IMG/VR virus record: IMGVR_UViG_3300046340_000069
DNA length: 64,000 nt
Strand: one strand, 5' to 3'
DNA from: an uncultured virus (IMG/VR IMGVR_UViG_3300046340_000069)
Taxonomy: Duplodnaviria; Heunggongvirae; Uroviricota; Caudoviricetes
Below, in pieces: positions 18,558-27,869 of this stretch; position 1 is the stretch's first letter; each line of letters opens with the position of its first letter. A model generated the notes under the pieces. It saw only the letters and a list, made by a program, of their open reading frames with translations. It ran no database searches and was not told the DNA's origin. A program made the position numbers and the translations under genes.

Positions 18558-21500
18558 ATGCAAGTATTTAAAAGAGATGGCAGCATAGAACCATTAGATC
18601 TAGAAAAGATTCATACAATGGTATTTCGTGCATGTGAAGGGGTTGACGATGTGTCCCCTTCATTAGTAGTAATGAATAGTAAAATTCAATTAACAGATGG
18701 GATTGCTACAGAATATATTCAAAATCTATTAGTGACATCTGCTAATAATTTAATTACTATCGAAGAACCAAACTATCAGTACGTGGCAGCACGACTACTA
18801 CTATTTGGACTATATAAATCTTTATATCCACAGTGGAAAACATTTGGGTTAGTACATATATATCACCATATCACTAGATTCAAAAACAAGTATGATTCTA
18901 TCTTATTTGACAGTTACTCTAAAGAAGATTGGGACGTACTAAATGAAGCAATTGACCATAGTAAAGATTATAAATTTACATATGCGTCGTTACAACAATT
19001 AATTGATAAGTATCTAATTCAAGACAGATCTACTGGATTTGTATATGAGATTCCGCAGTATGCGTATATGCTGATTGCCGCCACAGTATTTCATGATTAT
19101 CCAGTAGAAACTAGATTAGCTACGGTTATAGATTACTACCATGCAATCTCCGATCATGAAATTAATCTCCCTACGCCTATTATGAGTGGCGTGAGAACTA
19201 AACAACGCAATTTTTCTAGCTGTTTTCCTGCTGGACAATTAGTGCATACAAGTACTGGATTAAAGCCAATTGAAACTATTTCCGTTGGAAATATGGTGTT
19301 GACTCATGCTGGAAGAATGATGTCAGTATTAGCTACGAATGCTAAATATTTTGAACAAAAATATGTAGCTATTGATACTTATTCTACTTTGAATGATCAA
19401 TTTGTTTCAACTGATGATCATTTAATATTTGCGGCTAAGGATGTCGGATGTATTCGTGGTTCTGAACATCGTTCTTGTATATGCAGTCAGGGTATTTATA
19501 AATATTGTGAGAAATATCCCAGACAATATTCTGAAGATTGTATTAATTTATACAAAAATGATTTATTTGAACCAAAATGGACACCAGCAAAAGAATTAGA
19601 TGATAATTATTGGGTACATGTGGCATACAATAAATCTGTAGTAAATACTGAGTATTTAATTATATCAGATATAATTGATATTGGTAGTCGATACGATATC
19701 AATGAAGAAGGATTGATACATTACAAAAGTTATAGATCTGATATATGGTATGTACCTAATAAAATTTATTTGAATGAAGAGTTATTCAGATTAATTGGGT
19801 ATTATTTGGCGGAAGGACATGCTACTGATGGTGGCAGTATGGGATTTACCTTCGGCAACAAAGATAAATATATTATTGATGATTGTGTAAATATTATTCA
19901 AAACGTATTTGGGTATACAGTAATTCCCTCTAATAATCCTTACGACAATAGTACTAAAGTTAGTATATGCTCTAAAATTATTACTAACTTGTTTATCCGG
20001 CTGTGTAGCAATAAATTTGATAAAAAGTTTATTTGTTATGAATTAATGAATGCTTCTATAGAATTACAAAAGCAATTACTGATTGGAGTAATTCGGGGAG
20101 ATGGTTGTGCGTATTCGCAGGGATTGCAGGTAGGGTTGTCTAATAAACAACTAATTTATCAATTATTTGATATATCTTTGCGATTAAAATTGTCACCAAC
20201 TATAAATGTGCAAAAATATAATGATGGTATACGCCAAGACGTGTATACTATATATTTTCCTAGAAGTGCAAATTATGATTTTATTATGGAAGTTGGTAAA
20301 GATGTACATAAAGTAAATTATACTAGTAAAACATACGCTTATGGGATATGGAAAGATGACAATTATTTTACTAAAATAAAAAGCGTTAAAATTATTAATA
20401 GTATTGACGATAATATAGTGTATGATTTACAAATTGCTGGAGATGAAAGTTTTGTAGTTTCTGGATTATCTGTACACAATTGCGCTTTACTTGATTGTGA
20501 CGATTCTACTTTATCTATATCTGCTAATAATCAAGCTACCGCTATGCTCACTGCCGCATCTAGTGGTATTGGTTTAAATGTGGGACGAATGAGGTCTATT
20601 GGTAGTAGTATCAGAAATGGTACAGTTATTCATCCTGGTATCGTCCCATTTTTGAAAATCTTTGAATCGACAGGTAAGGCATTTAGTCAGGCGGCGAGAG
20701 GTGGAAAACTAACCTGCTATTACCATATTTTCGGATACGAGATCGAAACAGTCATTCAACTCAAGAACAATCGTGCAAATGAAGTATCTTCGGTGAAGCA
20801 TCTTGATTACTGTATTTGTATTTCAGAATTGTTTTATAAGAGATTTATAAATAACCAAAATATCACACTATTCTGTAATAGTGATACACCAGGATTGTAT
20901 GATGCTTTTGGCACCCCAGCATTTGATAAATTATATGAATATTACGAGAAAAAGGATGGGGTGAGAAAGAAAGTTGTATCTATGCAAAAACTGTTTGTAG
21001 ATCTAATGGAACAACGATCTGAAACGGCGCGGATTTACATAATGAATGTCGATCATGCTAATACACATTCTCCGTACTTAGACGGAGTATATATGAGCAA
21101 CTTGTGTGTTGCCCCAGAAACATTATTACTCACCAATAAAGGATATTTGCCAATTGGTACGCTAGAAGATCAATCAGTAACGATATGGAATGGATGGGAG
21201 TGGTCTGATACGGTAGTAAGAAAAACTGGAATTGATCAGAAACTAATCAATATTAAATTCCAAGATGATAAAGGTAATATTCATAACATAGAATGTACAG
21301 AATATCATAAGTTTTTTATACAATCCCGTAATGATGTAATTGAAGTTCGTGCAAACGATTTGATTGTTGGGCAATATATTCAGAATTGGAATCCTCCAGA
21401 ATTTCTAATTGATTCTGATATAACTTTACATCAATATCATAGAGATTGGTGGGTATATAGCACACATAATATCGAAAGATTATCTGATACTTATTGTCTT

Positions 21501-21698
21501 ACCGAACCAAAAAGAAATAGAATGGTAATAAATGGGATTCTCTCTGGGCAATGTGTCGAAATCATCCAGCCAAGTCACCCAATATCCGATATCAATGATA
21601 CTGGAATTCACGAACATACTGTAGCAGTTAAGAATAATAAATTAGACGAATTTATTAAGCTATCTCAAGACAATGAGTTTCTTGAATTTCCTATCTAA
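18558..21698 (+). CDS. nrdA: class Ia ribonucleotide reductase alpha subunit, N-terminal piece, two inteins
   Basis: ATP cone (MQVFKRDG), LPTPIMSGVRT, FSS/C, SNL/C-x-E; stops before the C462-equivalent. Confidence 0.95.
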   Translation: MQVFKRDGSIEPLDLEKIHTMVFRACEGVDDVSPSLVVMNSKIQLTDGIATEYIQNLLVTSANNLITIEEPNYQYVAARLLLFGLYKSLYPQWKTFGLVHIYHHITRFKNKYDSILFDSYSKEDWDVLNEAIDHSKDYKFTYASLQQLIDKYLIQDRSTGFVYEIPQYAYMLIAATVFHDYPVETRLATVIDYYHAISDHEINLPTPIMSGVRTKQRNFSSCFPAGQLVHTSTGLKPIETISVGNMVLTHAGRMMSVLATNAKYFEQKYVAIDTYSTLNDQFVSTDDHLIFAAKDVGCIRGSEHRSCICSQGIYKYCEKYPRQYSEDCINLYKNDLFEPKWTPAKELDDNYWVHVAYNKSVVNTEYLIISDIIDIGSRYDINEEGLIHYKSYRSDIWYVPNKIYLNEELFRLIGYYLAEGHATDGGSMGFTFGNKDKYIIDDCVNIIQNVFGYTVIPSNNPYDNSTKVSICSKIITNLFIRLCSNKFDKKFICYELMNASIELQKQLLIGVIRGDGCAYSQGLQVGLSNKQLIYQLFDISLRLKLSPTINVQKYNDGIRQDVYTIYFPRSANYDFIMEVGKDVHKVNYTSKTYAYGIWKDDNYFTKIKSVKIINSIDDNIVYDLQIAGDESFVVSGLSVHNCALLDCDDSTLSISANNQATAMLTAASSGIGLNVGRMRSIGSSIRNGTVIHPGIVPFLKIFESTGKAFSQAARGGKLTCYYHIFGYEIETVIQLKNNRANEVSSVKHLDYCICISELFYKRFINNQNITLFCNSDTPGLYDAFGTPAFDKLYEYYEKKDGVRKKVVSMQKLFVDLMEQRSETARIYIMNVDHANTHSPYLDGVYMSNLCVAPETLLLTNKGYLPIGTLEDQSVTIWNGWEWSDTVVRKTGIDQKLINIKFQDDKGNIHNIECTEYHKFFIQSRNDVIEVRANDLIVGQYIQNWNPPEFLIDSDITLHQYHRDWWVYSTHNIERLSDTYCLTEPKRNRMVINGILSGQCVEIIQPSHPISDINDTGIHEHTVAVKNNKLDEFIKLSQDNEFLEFPI
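19221..20480 (+). mobile_element. intein with LAGLIDADG endonuclease (420 aa) before the C225-equivalent
   Basis: CFPAGQLV...LIGYYLAEG...IGVIRGDG...VYDL...VHN/C. Confidence 0.93.
21105..21551 (+). mobile_element. mini-intein (149 aa) ending in Gln, before the C439-equivalent
   Basis: NL/CVAPETLLLT...CTEYHKF...TYC...NGILSGQ/CVEI. Confidence 0.9.
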
Positions 21699-21765
21699 TA
21701 TCCTCTCAGACCCCTCTAGGATGCCCTACAACGTACGATAATTAAAAATATGACTACTGACATCT
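21698..21765 (+). repeat. dispersed repeat copy at the nrdA break point
   Basis: ctctcagacccctctaggatgccctacaacgtacg...aaatATGactact; supplies the start codon of the second nrdA piece. Confidence 0.8.
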
Positions 21766-22721
21766 TCCGCATAGCAACAGACCGCCAATTCGATCCTAAT
21801 ACCGAAACATTAGTAGATGATGTAAAGATAATTGACAGACTGCCACCAGGCATCACATCTTGTGTATTAGGCGCAATCAGTTGGGATAAGTTATCTGACA
21901 ACATGTCAGATAACTTTATCAAAATGAAACGATGGTGTGATTTAGAGATCAGATCATTAAATCAGATCATCGACATACAGGAATACAATATCCCTAGTAC
22001 AGAGATAGCCACTAAATCCGCAAGATATTTGGGGGTAGGGATTAATGGTTATGCAACATTTGCTGCACGATTAGGTTTATCATATAATCATAAAGAATTG
22101 TGGCAAATCACTCACGATCTTGCAGAAATGCAGATGTTTTGTCTATTATCTGCATCTAATAACTTAGCCAAAGAAGTAGGTGAATGTAAATGGTTTTATA
22201 AAACTAAATATTCACAAGGAATTCTACCTATCGATCACTACAGGAAAAGTGTAGATGATGTAGTTCCTAATAATCTTAATATGGATTGGGAAGGGTTGAG
22301 AGAATCAATTTTGATGAATGGACTCAGAAACAGTGCATTTTCTGCGGTGATGCCTGTACAATCATCTTCTGTAATTAGTAACAGTACTAATGGAATCGAA
22401 CTACCTCGCGCACCATTACAAATCATAAAGTCAAAGAATCGATTAATTCGACAAATAGTAAAAGATTTTAAAAAATTAGAAGATAATTATGAGTATTGTT
22501 GGGAAAAAAGTACAAATACAGGATATATCAATATTTGTGCCGTAATTCAAAAATTCTTCGACCAATCTATCTCAGCCAACTTGTATTACGATCCTAAATG
22601 GTTTTCAGACCAAACTATACCAATGGGTACGATGATTGGTGATGTCTTATATGCGTACAAGATGGGATTAAAAACATTGTATTATGCTAATTCAAATGAC
22701 GGTCGAGATGATTATGAATAA
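21750..22721 (+). CDS. nrdA: ribonucleotide reductase alpha subunit, second piece
   Basis: ITSCVLGAI (C462-equivalent), RYLGVG, GLRNS...MPVQSSS, QKFFDQSISAN, GLKTLYY; lacks terminal CxxC. Confidence 0.93.
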   Translation: MTTDIFRIATDRQFDPNTETLVDDVKIIDRLPPGITSCVLGAISWDKLSDNMSDNFIKMKRWCDLEIRSLNQIIDIQEYNIPSTEIATKSARYLGVGINGYATFAARLGLSYNHKELWQITHDLAEMQMFCLLSASNNLAKEVGECKWFYKTKYSQGILPIDHYRKSVDDVVPNNLNMDWEGLRESILMNGLRNSAFSAVMPVQSSSVISNSTNGIELPRAPLQIIKSKNRLIRQIVKDFKKLEDNYEYCWEKSTNTGYINICAVIQKFFDQSISANLYYDPKWFSDQTIPMGTMIGDVLYAYKMGLKTLYYANSNDGRDDYE

Positions 22722-22784
22722 TCCAGTTAAATGTGTTAAAATAGATAAATAATTAATTACCCACCAATATATAAATCAAGAACC

Positions 22785-22958
22785 ATGCCAGAACAACATC
22801 CAGAATTGCTAACCGAAATATTGCCATCACACCCATTACCAATTCCTCAGCCAGAATTGCTGACAGAAGTACTGTCCACTTCTCCACATAAACGTAAGTA
22901 TTGCACACCAATGATCATTAATGATGACACAGAAAGTTGCGAAAGTTGTAACGTTTAA
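22785..22958 (+). CDS. free-standing NrdA C-terminal CxxC redox-tail peptide (57 aa)
   Basis: Manual translation MPEQHPELLTEILPSHPLPIPQPELLTEVLSTSPHKRKYCTPMIINDDTESCESCNV; acidic-CESC-xx-stop end typical of NrdA. Confidence 0.8.
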   Translation: MPEQHPELLTEILPSHPLPIPQPELLTEVLSTSPHKRKYCTPMIINDDTESCESCNV

Positions 22959-22986
22959 AAGGTATTAGGTAATATAAATCCCACTA

Positions 22987-23014
22987 AATCCCACTAAATT
23001 TAGTGGGATTTATT
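22987..23014 (+). terminator. hairpin between nrdA tail ORF and nrdB
   Basis: aatcccactaa-at-ttagtgggatt. Confidence 0.6.
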
Positions 23015-23038
23015 AAAATTATTAAATTTAATAATAAC

Positions 23039-25102
23039 ATGTCAGTAATAAATTTAGACAACTCAATCGACTTCACGAAGCAAACTCAATTTTTCGATCA
23101 ACAATTAAATTTACAACGATACGATAAGTATAGATATCCTCTGTTACATCAACTATACAAGACTCAAAAATCATACTTTTGGAGTCCGACGGAGATAACA
23201 TTACAGAAAGACAAAATAGACTATTCAAACTTGACCGAACAAGAAAAATTTATTTACACATCCAATTTAAAATATCAAATTTTGTTAGATAGTGTGCAAT
23301 CTAGAAGTACATTGTTAGCATTTTTGCCATTTGTATCTCTACCAGAATTAGAAAAAAATATAATTATTTGGGGATTTTTTGAGACTATTCATTCGGAATC
23401 ATATACTCATATCATTGAGAATGTATATAATAAGCCATCTGAAATTTTTGATAATATTCTGAATATTCCAGAAATAGTAGAGCGAACCAAACAAGTCACT
23501 AAATATTATGATGAGTTTATTGATTTTTCTAGTAGTTGGAATACCTCTAGTATAAAGACATTATTAGTAGACGGTAATGTTACCGCTAATCAAACATTAT
23601 TAGAATTAAAACGTTCATTATATCTAGCTATAGTGAATGTGAATATCTTAGAAGGTATTAGATTTTATACATCATTCGCTTGCTCATTTGCCTTTGCAGA
23701 AAATGCTAAAATGATTGGTTCTTCTGATATTATTAGTTTAATTGCCAGAGACGAAGCATGTTATACCACTGGACATGAAGCTTTGACGGATACTGGATGG
23801 AAACTAATTGAAGATATTACAAAAGAAGATAAAGTGGCACAATACACCAACAATAATGCAGTAGAATTTGTTCACCCCACTGCTATTATTAATAAACAAT
23901 ATATTGGTGATGTATATCAATTTATAGACGATTCCGGCAGAATTGAACAAATTGTTACTGCCGATCATCGAATGGTGTGGCGTGAGTTATTTACAGGCAG
24001 AATGAAAGAATCGGTAGCAGCTACCACTAATTTTACATCAAGTAAGGCAATTGTGGTTAGTGGTATAGTTTTAGCAGGAGCAGTAGAATTAAGTCCTATA
24101 GAAATTTTAAATATATACACTGAATATTGTGGTACTGTTTTAGAAGTATTAGAACATAAATTAAAGGTGGAGTTTAATGTAAAAAATGAGACTAATTGGA
24201 GTAAATTGGGTAGATCTTTAGTTGCATTAGGAATTAGTTACGATTACTATATTACATATAAAACTGGAGTATATACCATAACTTGCGAGATACCAACAGC
24301 TTCTTTACAAAAATATTTTAGTTGGGTGAATATCCAGGGTAAGTCTACATTATGGGCACAAAATTTAATAAATTTATGTAGGGCGTTGAATGGTAACAAA
24401 TCTTGTATGTCTTCCGTTCCTGGTAAGTTTAAATTTACTATCAATCATACTAAGAGTTTGAAAAAGTTACAACAAGTGTTTGCTATTAGTAATTGGAAAA
24501 TATATCATACTCACCCGTCAAAAAAATATGTTGGGTATAATATTAACGTATTGACTACTAGAAATTCTCATATTACTTCAAAAACAGAGAAGGTTAAACA
24601 AAATTATAGTGGCAAGGTTTATTGTTTATCTGTTCCTTCTGGTGCATTTTTTGTTAGATATAATGAAAAGGTTTCAGTTGGGGGCAATTGTCATACTCGA
24701 CTTACTGAAACTATTATTAAGAATTGGCAAGCTGGTGAGGATAAAGATATTCTTAATATTATTAAAGAAGAAGAACAATTGGTATATACTATGTTTGATC
24801 TAGCAGTAGCGGCGGAAATAGAGTGGGCAGAATATCTTTTCAAAAATGGTAGTATATTGGGGTTGAATGTAGAACTATTATCACAATATATTAAATTTGT
24901 GGCGAATCGTAGACTTAAAGCGATCAATATGAAGCCACTGTATGACGATGTTTCTGTCAAGAATCCTTTGCCCTGGATCGATAATTATCTGAAGTCTTCT
25001 AATATAAGTGTCGCGCCACAAGAAACGGAGGTCTTATCATACCAAATTGGTAATATTGACAAAAATATAAGTGAAGGGCAATTCAGTAATTTTGAATTGT
25101 AA
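23039..25102 (+). CDS. nrdB: ribonucleotide reductase beta subunit with intein
   Basis: FWSPTEI, QILLDSVQ, FETIHSESY, LEGIRFY, IARDEA/CH, VAPQETE. Confidence 0.95.
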   Translation: MSVINLDNSIDFTKQTQFFDQQLNLQRYDKYRYPLLHQLYKTQKSYFWSPTEITLQKDKIDYSNLTEQEKFIYTSNLKYQILLDSVQSRSTLLAFLPFVSLPELEKNIIIWGFFETIHSESYTHIIENVYNKPSEIFDNILNIPEIVERTKQVTKYYDEFIDFSSSWNTSSIKTLLVDGNVTANQTLLELKRSLYLAIVNVNILEGIRFYTSFACSFAFAENAKMIGSSDIISLIARDEACYTTGHEALTDTGWKLIEDITKEDKVAQYTNNNAVEFVHPTAIINKQYIGDVYQFIDDSGRIEQIVTADHRMVWRELFTGRMKESVAATTNFTSSKAIVVSGIVLAGAVELSPIEILNIYTEYCGTVLEVLEHKLKVEFNVKNETNWSKLGRSLVALGISYDYYITYKTGVYTITCEIPTASLQKYFSWVNIQGKSTLWAQNLINLCRALNGNKSCMSSVPGKFKFTINHTKSLKKLQQVFAISNWKIYHTHPSKKYVGYNINVLTTRNSHITSKTEKVKQNYSGKVYCLSVPSGAFFVRYNEKVSVGGNCHTRLTETIIKNWQAGEDKDILNIIKEEEQLVYTMFDLAVAAEIEWAEYLFKNGSILGLNVELLSQYIKFVANRRLKAINMKPLYDDVSVKNPLPWIDNYLKSSNISVAPQETEVLSYQIGNIDKNISEGQFSNFEL
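23759..24688 (+). mobile_element. intein (310 aa) inside the ExxH iron-ligand motif of NrdB
   Basis: DEA/CYTTGHEALT...VTADHRM...VYCLSVP...VGGN/CH. Confidence 0.9.
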
Positions 25103-25156
25103 TTATTGTTCATAAATCACTATAGAAAAGAGCAATTATGGAGTTGCTCTGATTAA

Positions 25157-25233
25157 CATGCTCTGAGAGGGGTGTAGAATGCTGTGTAACGCACAGAAAT
25201 TATAAATAAGATTATTATTATCAAAATATAAAA
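25157..25233 (+). repeat. dispersed repeat copy with late promoter
   Basis: ctgagaggggtgtagaatgc...aacgcac...TATAAATA (25201-25208); runs into ATG 25234. Confidence 0.8.
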
Positions 25234-25695
25234 ATGATCAAAGAATTGATGAAGATCAAAGATCTAACAGAATTTGAATGCGATTGTGAAGGGGTTAGAG
25301 ACAAACTATTCAATACTCCAGAATTATTGACAATAACAGAACTGATTTATTTTTTGAGGATGTCTAATAATTTAGATTACTGGATCACTGGTACTCATTA
25401 TGCAGTGATGAAATTAGTATCTTTATTAAGAATGCTCGAACCAGTTTATGGGGTATATAAGGAACAAGATAAAGAAAAAAATAGAATTATCACTAGTATT
25501 TGTTTAAATTTTATTAGCAGCGAGAAGGGGTCATTACAGTATGCTGCATTGGATTTGGTAGAGGCTGGGATTTGTGCGGAGTATCAACCAATCGTTGATT
25601 TATTCCCCGTTATTGAGAAAATAATTATTGGTGACAGACATACCTCCAAATATGTATTATCTCATTTAAAATTAATTAAGGATTCGCATATATGA
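25234..25695 (+). CDS. hypothetical protein
   Basis: 153-aa ATG ORF. Confidence 0.7.
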   Translation: MIKELMKIKDLTEFECDCEGVRDKLFNTPELLTITELIYFLRMSNNLDYWITGTHYAVMKLVSLLRMLEPVYGVYKEQDKEKNRIITSICLNFISSEKGSLQYAALDLVEAGICAEYQPIVDLFPVIEKIIIGDRHTSKYVLSHLKLIKDSHI

Positions 25696-26255
25696 GAGAA
25701 TTAGTAGAATCAGTTAAAGTATTTTATCTACTAACAGAAAGTGGAGATAGACCACCATCCAGTGAGATAGAACACGACGAAAAGAATAAACATTTGAAAA
25801 CAAAATTAACAAAATACGCATATTCATCTAAGTATAACCACCCAAATCATTTTTCTCCAGATTATTCAGGGACATTTCATGGTGTATCTTGGAATACAGA
25901 TCATGACACTGAAAAAATGGATAAAAACCAAAAAATAGGAATTGTACAAGATGCCATACACTTACAAAAACATTTTGTAAAAAATGTAGCAAAACCTGGC
26001 GATGTGCTACGAAGTATACCAGATGAAGATGATGATGGCGAAGGTGGTAATAAACGCGGAAAACTATATCAAAAAGTTGGTTTTGGTAAATTAGGAAATA
26101 GAACTTCTCAGTATGGAATAATTAAACAACATCCTCATGACCACGATGACGAAACTAAACGAGGACAACATTATCTACATCCGTTAGAACACGAAGAAAT
26201 AGAATTGTCTCGAAAAAAATATTACGAAGAACGTGCAAAAAATGGCACCAAATGA
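25692..26255 (+). CDS. hypothetical, possible virion-internal protein
   Basis: ATGA overlap; LVE/LTE leader; NKRGKLYQKVGFG. Confidence 0.65.
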   Translation: MRELVESVKVFYLLTESGDRPPSSEIEHDEKNKHLKTKLTKYAYSSKYNHPNHFSPDYSGTFHGVSWNTDHDTEKMDKNQKIGIVQDAIHLQKHFVKNVAKPGDVLRSIPDEDDDGEGGNKRGKLYQKVGFGKLGNRTSQYGIIKQHPHDHDDETKRGQHYLHPLEHEEIELSRKKYYEERAKNGTK

Positions 26256-26291
26256 GTGCCATTTAATAATTTAAGTGCAATTGGACGCACA

Positions 26292-26717
26292 TCACCCCCC
26301 ATAAACCCAACGACGATTATCCCCTAAATCTAGATGAGTGAAAACACTACTATCACCTACGCCACCAATCCATGTTTTAGATAATTTTTCGGTTACGTCA
26401 CGAGGATTTACCCCAGAAATAATAATATCTACAGCATGTCCTTCAATATGTTTACTAAATCTAGCACCATTAACGGCACGATTAATGGCAGGTGGTCTAT
26501 ACCAACTGGTAATTGTAATAGAACGATCTTCAAAGTCCGAACGAACATCTTCCAATGCAGTAGCAATGCGTATAATGTTGCGAGTAATAGTTTCATTTTC
26601 AGGGATTCTAGTACCACCTTTGGTGGCTTCCGCCCAAGTAAAATGTGGACTTTCTAGAGATATTGGAGCATCTAATGCTACAATTTTAGATAATCCTGGT
26701 ACTTTAATTGTTTTCAT
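26292..26717 (-). CDS. peptidase M15 family cell-wall peptidase (endolysin candidate)
   Basis: ITSWYRP..N..V.GA..SKH..G.AVD...HLD zinc-peptidase motif. Confidence 0.9.
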   Translation of the reverse strand: MKTIKVPGLSKIVALDAPISLESPHFTWAEATKGGTRIPENETITRNIIRIATALEDVRSDFEDRSITITSWYRPPAINRAVNGARFSKHIEGHAVDIIISGVNPRDVTEKLSKTWIGGVGDSSVFTHLDLGDNRRWVYGG

Positions 26718-26869
26718 GAATATAAATATTATTTTTTAGTACGATATTATTTATCTCAACTAAAAAATACTTTTATCTTCACAAAATTACTAGACCTAAT
26801 ATTTCTTCAATAATCACAAGAAAAATTTGGACACACATTTAAAATAAATATTATAAATTAATTAAAAAT

Positions 26870-27229
26870 ATGAAGACCAGTTCTGGTAAGGCCAAGGGGC
26901 GTGGATTTCAGCAAGATATTAGGGATGTAATATTAGAAGCATTTCCCACACTAGAACCCGACGATGTGAAATCTACAGGTATGGGACAACAGGGCGAAGA
27001 TATACAACTCTCCCCCCAAGCCAGAAGACTTTTTCCCTATAGCATCGAAGCGAAGCGGCACGAAAAATTATCAATACCTGCGTGGTGGAGACAGACTATC
27101 ACCAATATCAAAGAAAATACTAATCCGGTATTGATCTTTAGACAGTCTAGACAGAAAGCATTGGTGGTAATAACCTTAGATCATTTTATGGAATTAGTTA
27201 AAGAAAATTACGAACTAAAAAACAGATAA
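26870..27229 (+). CDS. Holliday-junction-resolvase-like PD-(D/E)xK nuclease
   Basis: SGKAKGR.FQ, GEDI, SIEAK. Confidence 0.8.
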   Translation: MKTSSGKAKGRGFQQDIRDVILEAFPTLEPDDVKSTGMGQQGEDIQLSPQARRLFPYSIEAKRHEKLSIPAWWRQTITNIKENTNPVLIFRQSRQKALVVITLDHFMELVKENYELKNR

Positions 27230-27258
27230 ATAAAGATATAACCACTCAATAAATCATT

Positions 27259-27510
27259 ATGTCAAGCAAAGCAGAAAAGATTGTTACTATTATCGAATAT
27301 TATAAAATCAAATCAGAAACATTTCCAGCGACAGATGTAGAAGAAGTTGTTGAATTGCGTAAGCGCGTTGCCGAATTGGTGAAAGAGTCTGACGAAATCC
27401 AAGCAGTTATTGATAAATATAACAAAGAAGTAGTTGAGGTTCCAGTAGAAGTGGTAGAACCAGTCGCAGTACCACCCAATCCTTATGTCATTAAATATCC
27501 AACATTGTAG
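27259..27510 (+). CDS. hypothetical protein
   Basis: 83-aa ATG ORF, coiled coil. Confidence 0.65.
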   Translation: MSSKAEKIVTIIEYYKIKSETFPATDVEEVVELRKRVAELVKESDEIQAVIDKYNKEVVEVPVEVVEPVAVPPNPYVIKYPTL

Positions 27511-27593
27511 TGATGATAATTAATTACAATGGGGGGGGGGGTAATATCATGCTCTAGCTATCACACATCCTTTGCGGAGGATGTTTAACGAAT

Positions 27594-27718
27594 TTATTAA
27601 ATTTAATAATGACCTTCTAATTGATTTTAGAAGGTCATTATTTTTATGATTTGACACTAGTACTCATATTTATAGTTTTTGTGCGTTGTAGAGCATTTTA
27701 GCGATGTCTGGCAATACA
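27594..27718 (-). repeat. composite module: dispersed repeat + hairpin + 16-bp palindrome
   Basis: Reverse-complement repeat 27641-27718 (TATAAATA at 27667-27674, minus strand); hairpin aatgaccttctaa...ttagaaggtcatt; palindrome at 27594. Confidence 0.85.
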
Positions 27719-27761
27719 TTAATAACTGTGTTATAATGATTATATAGTTTATATTAATAAA

Positions 27762-27827
27762 ATGATTCATTACGATCCTATAGTAAATTTATATCAGGTA
27801 ACATGGGAAGCACCAATTAAATTTTAA
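27762..27827 (+). pseudogene. collapsed HNH-AP2 gene (first ~12 codons joined to last ~10)
   Basis: MIHYDPIVNLYQ-VTWEAPIKF* versus MIHFCKILNLYQ...QLTWDKPIMF*; same upstream promoter ctgtgttataatgattata. Confidence 0.8.
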
Positions 27828-27869
27828 TTTAATACTAGCCTAAATATTTGATACAAGCTGATTAAAATT

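Noticed and set aside
21699..21749. Group I intron in nrdA
   Set aside because: The gap is only 51 nt and lacks core P7 elements.
21696..22785. Stop-codon reassignment or read-through joining the in-frame nrdA pieces
   Set aside because: Gaps contain TAA plus TAG and four TAA codons. TAA, TAG and TGA all end normal genes elsewhere in the window.
27530..27541. Poly-G tract as a phase-variation switch
   Set aside because: Intergenic, downstream of a stop and not within a recognisable promoter.
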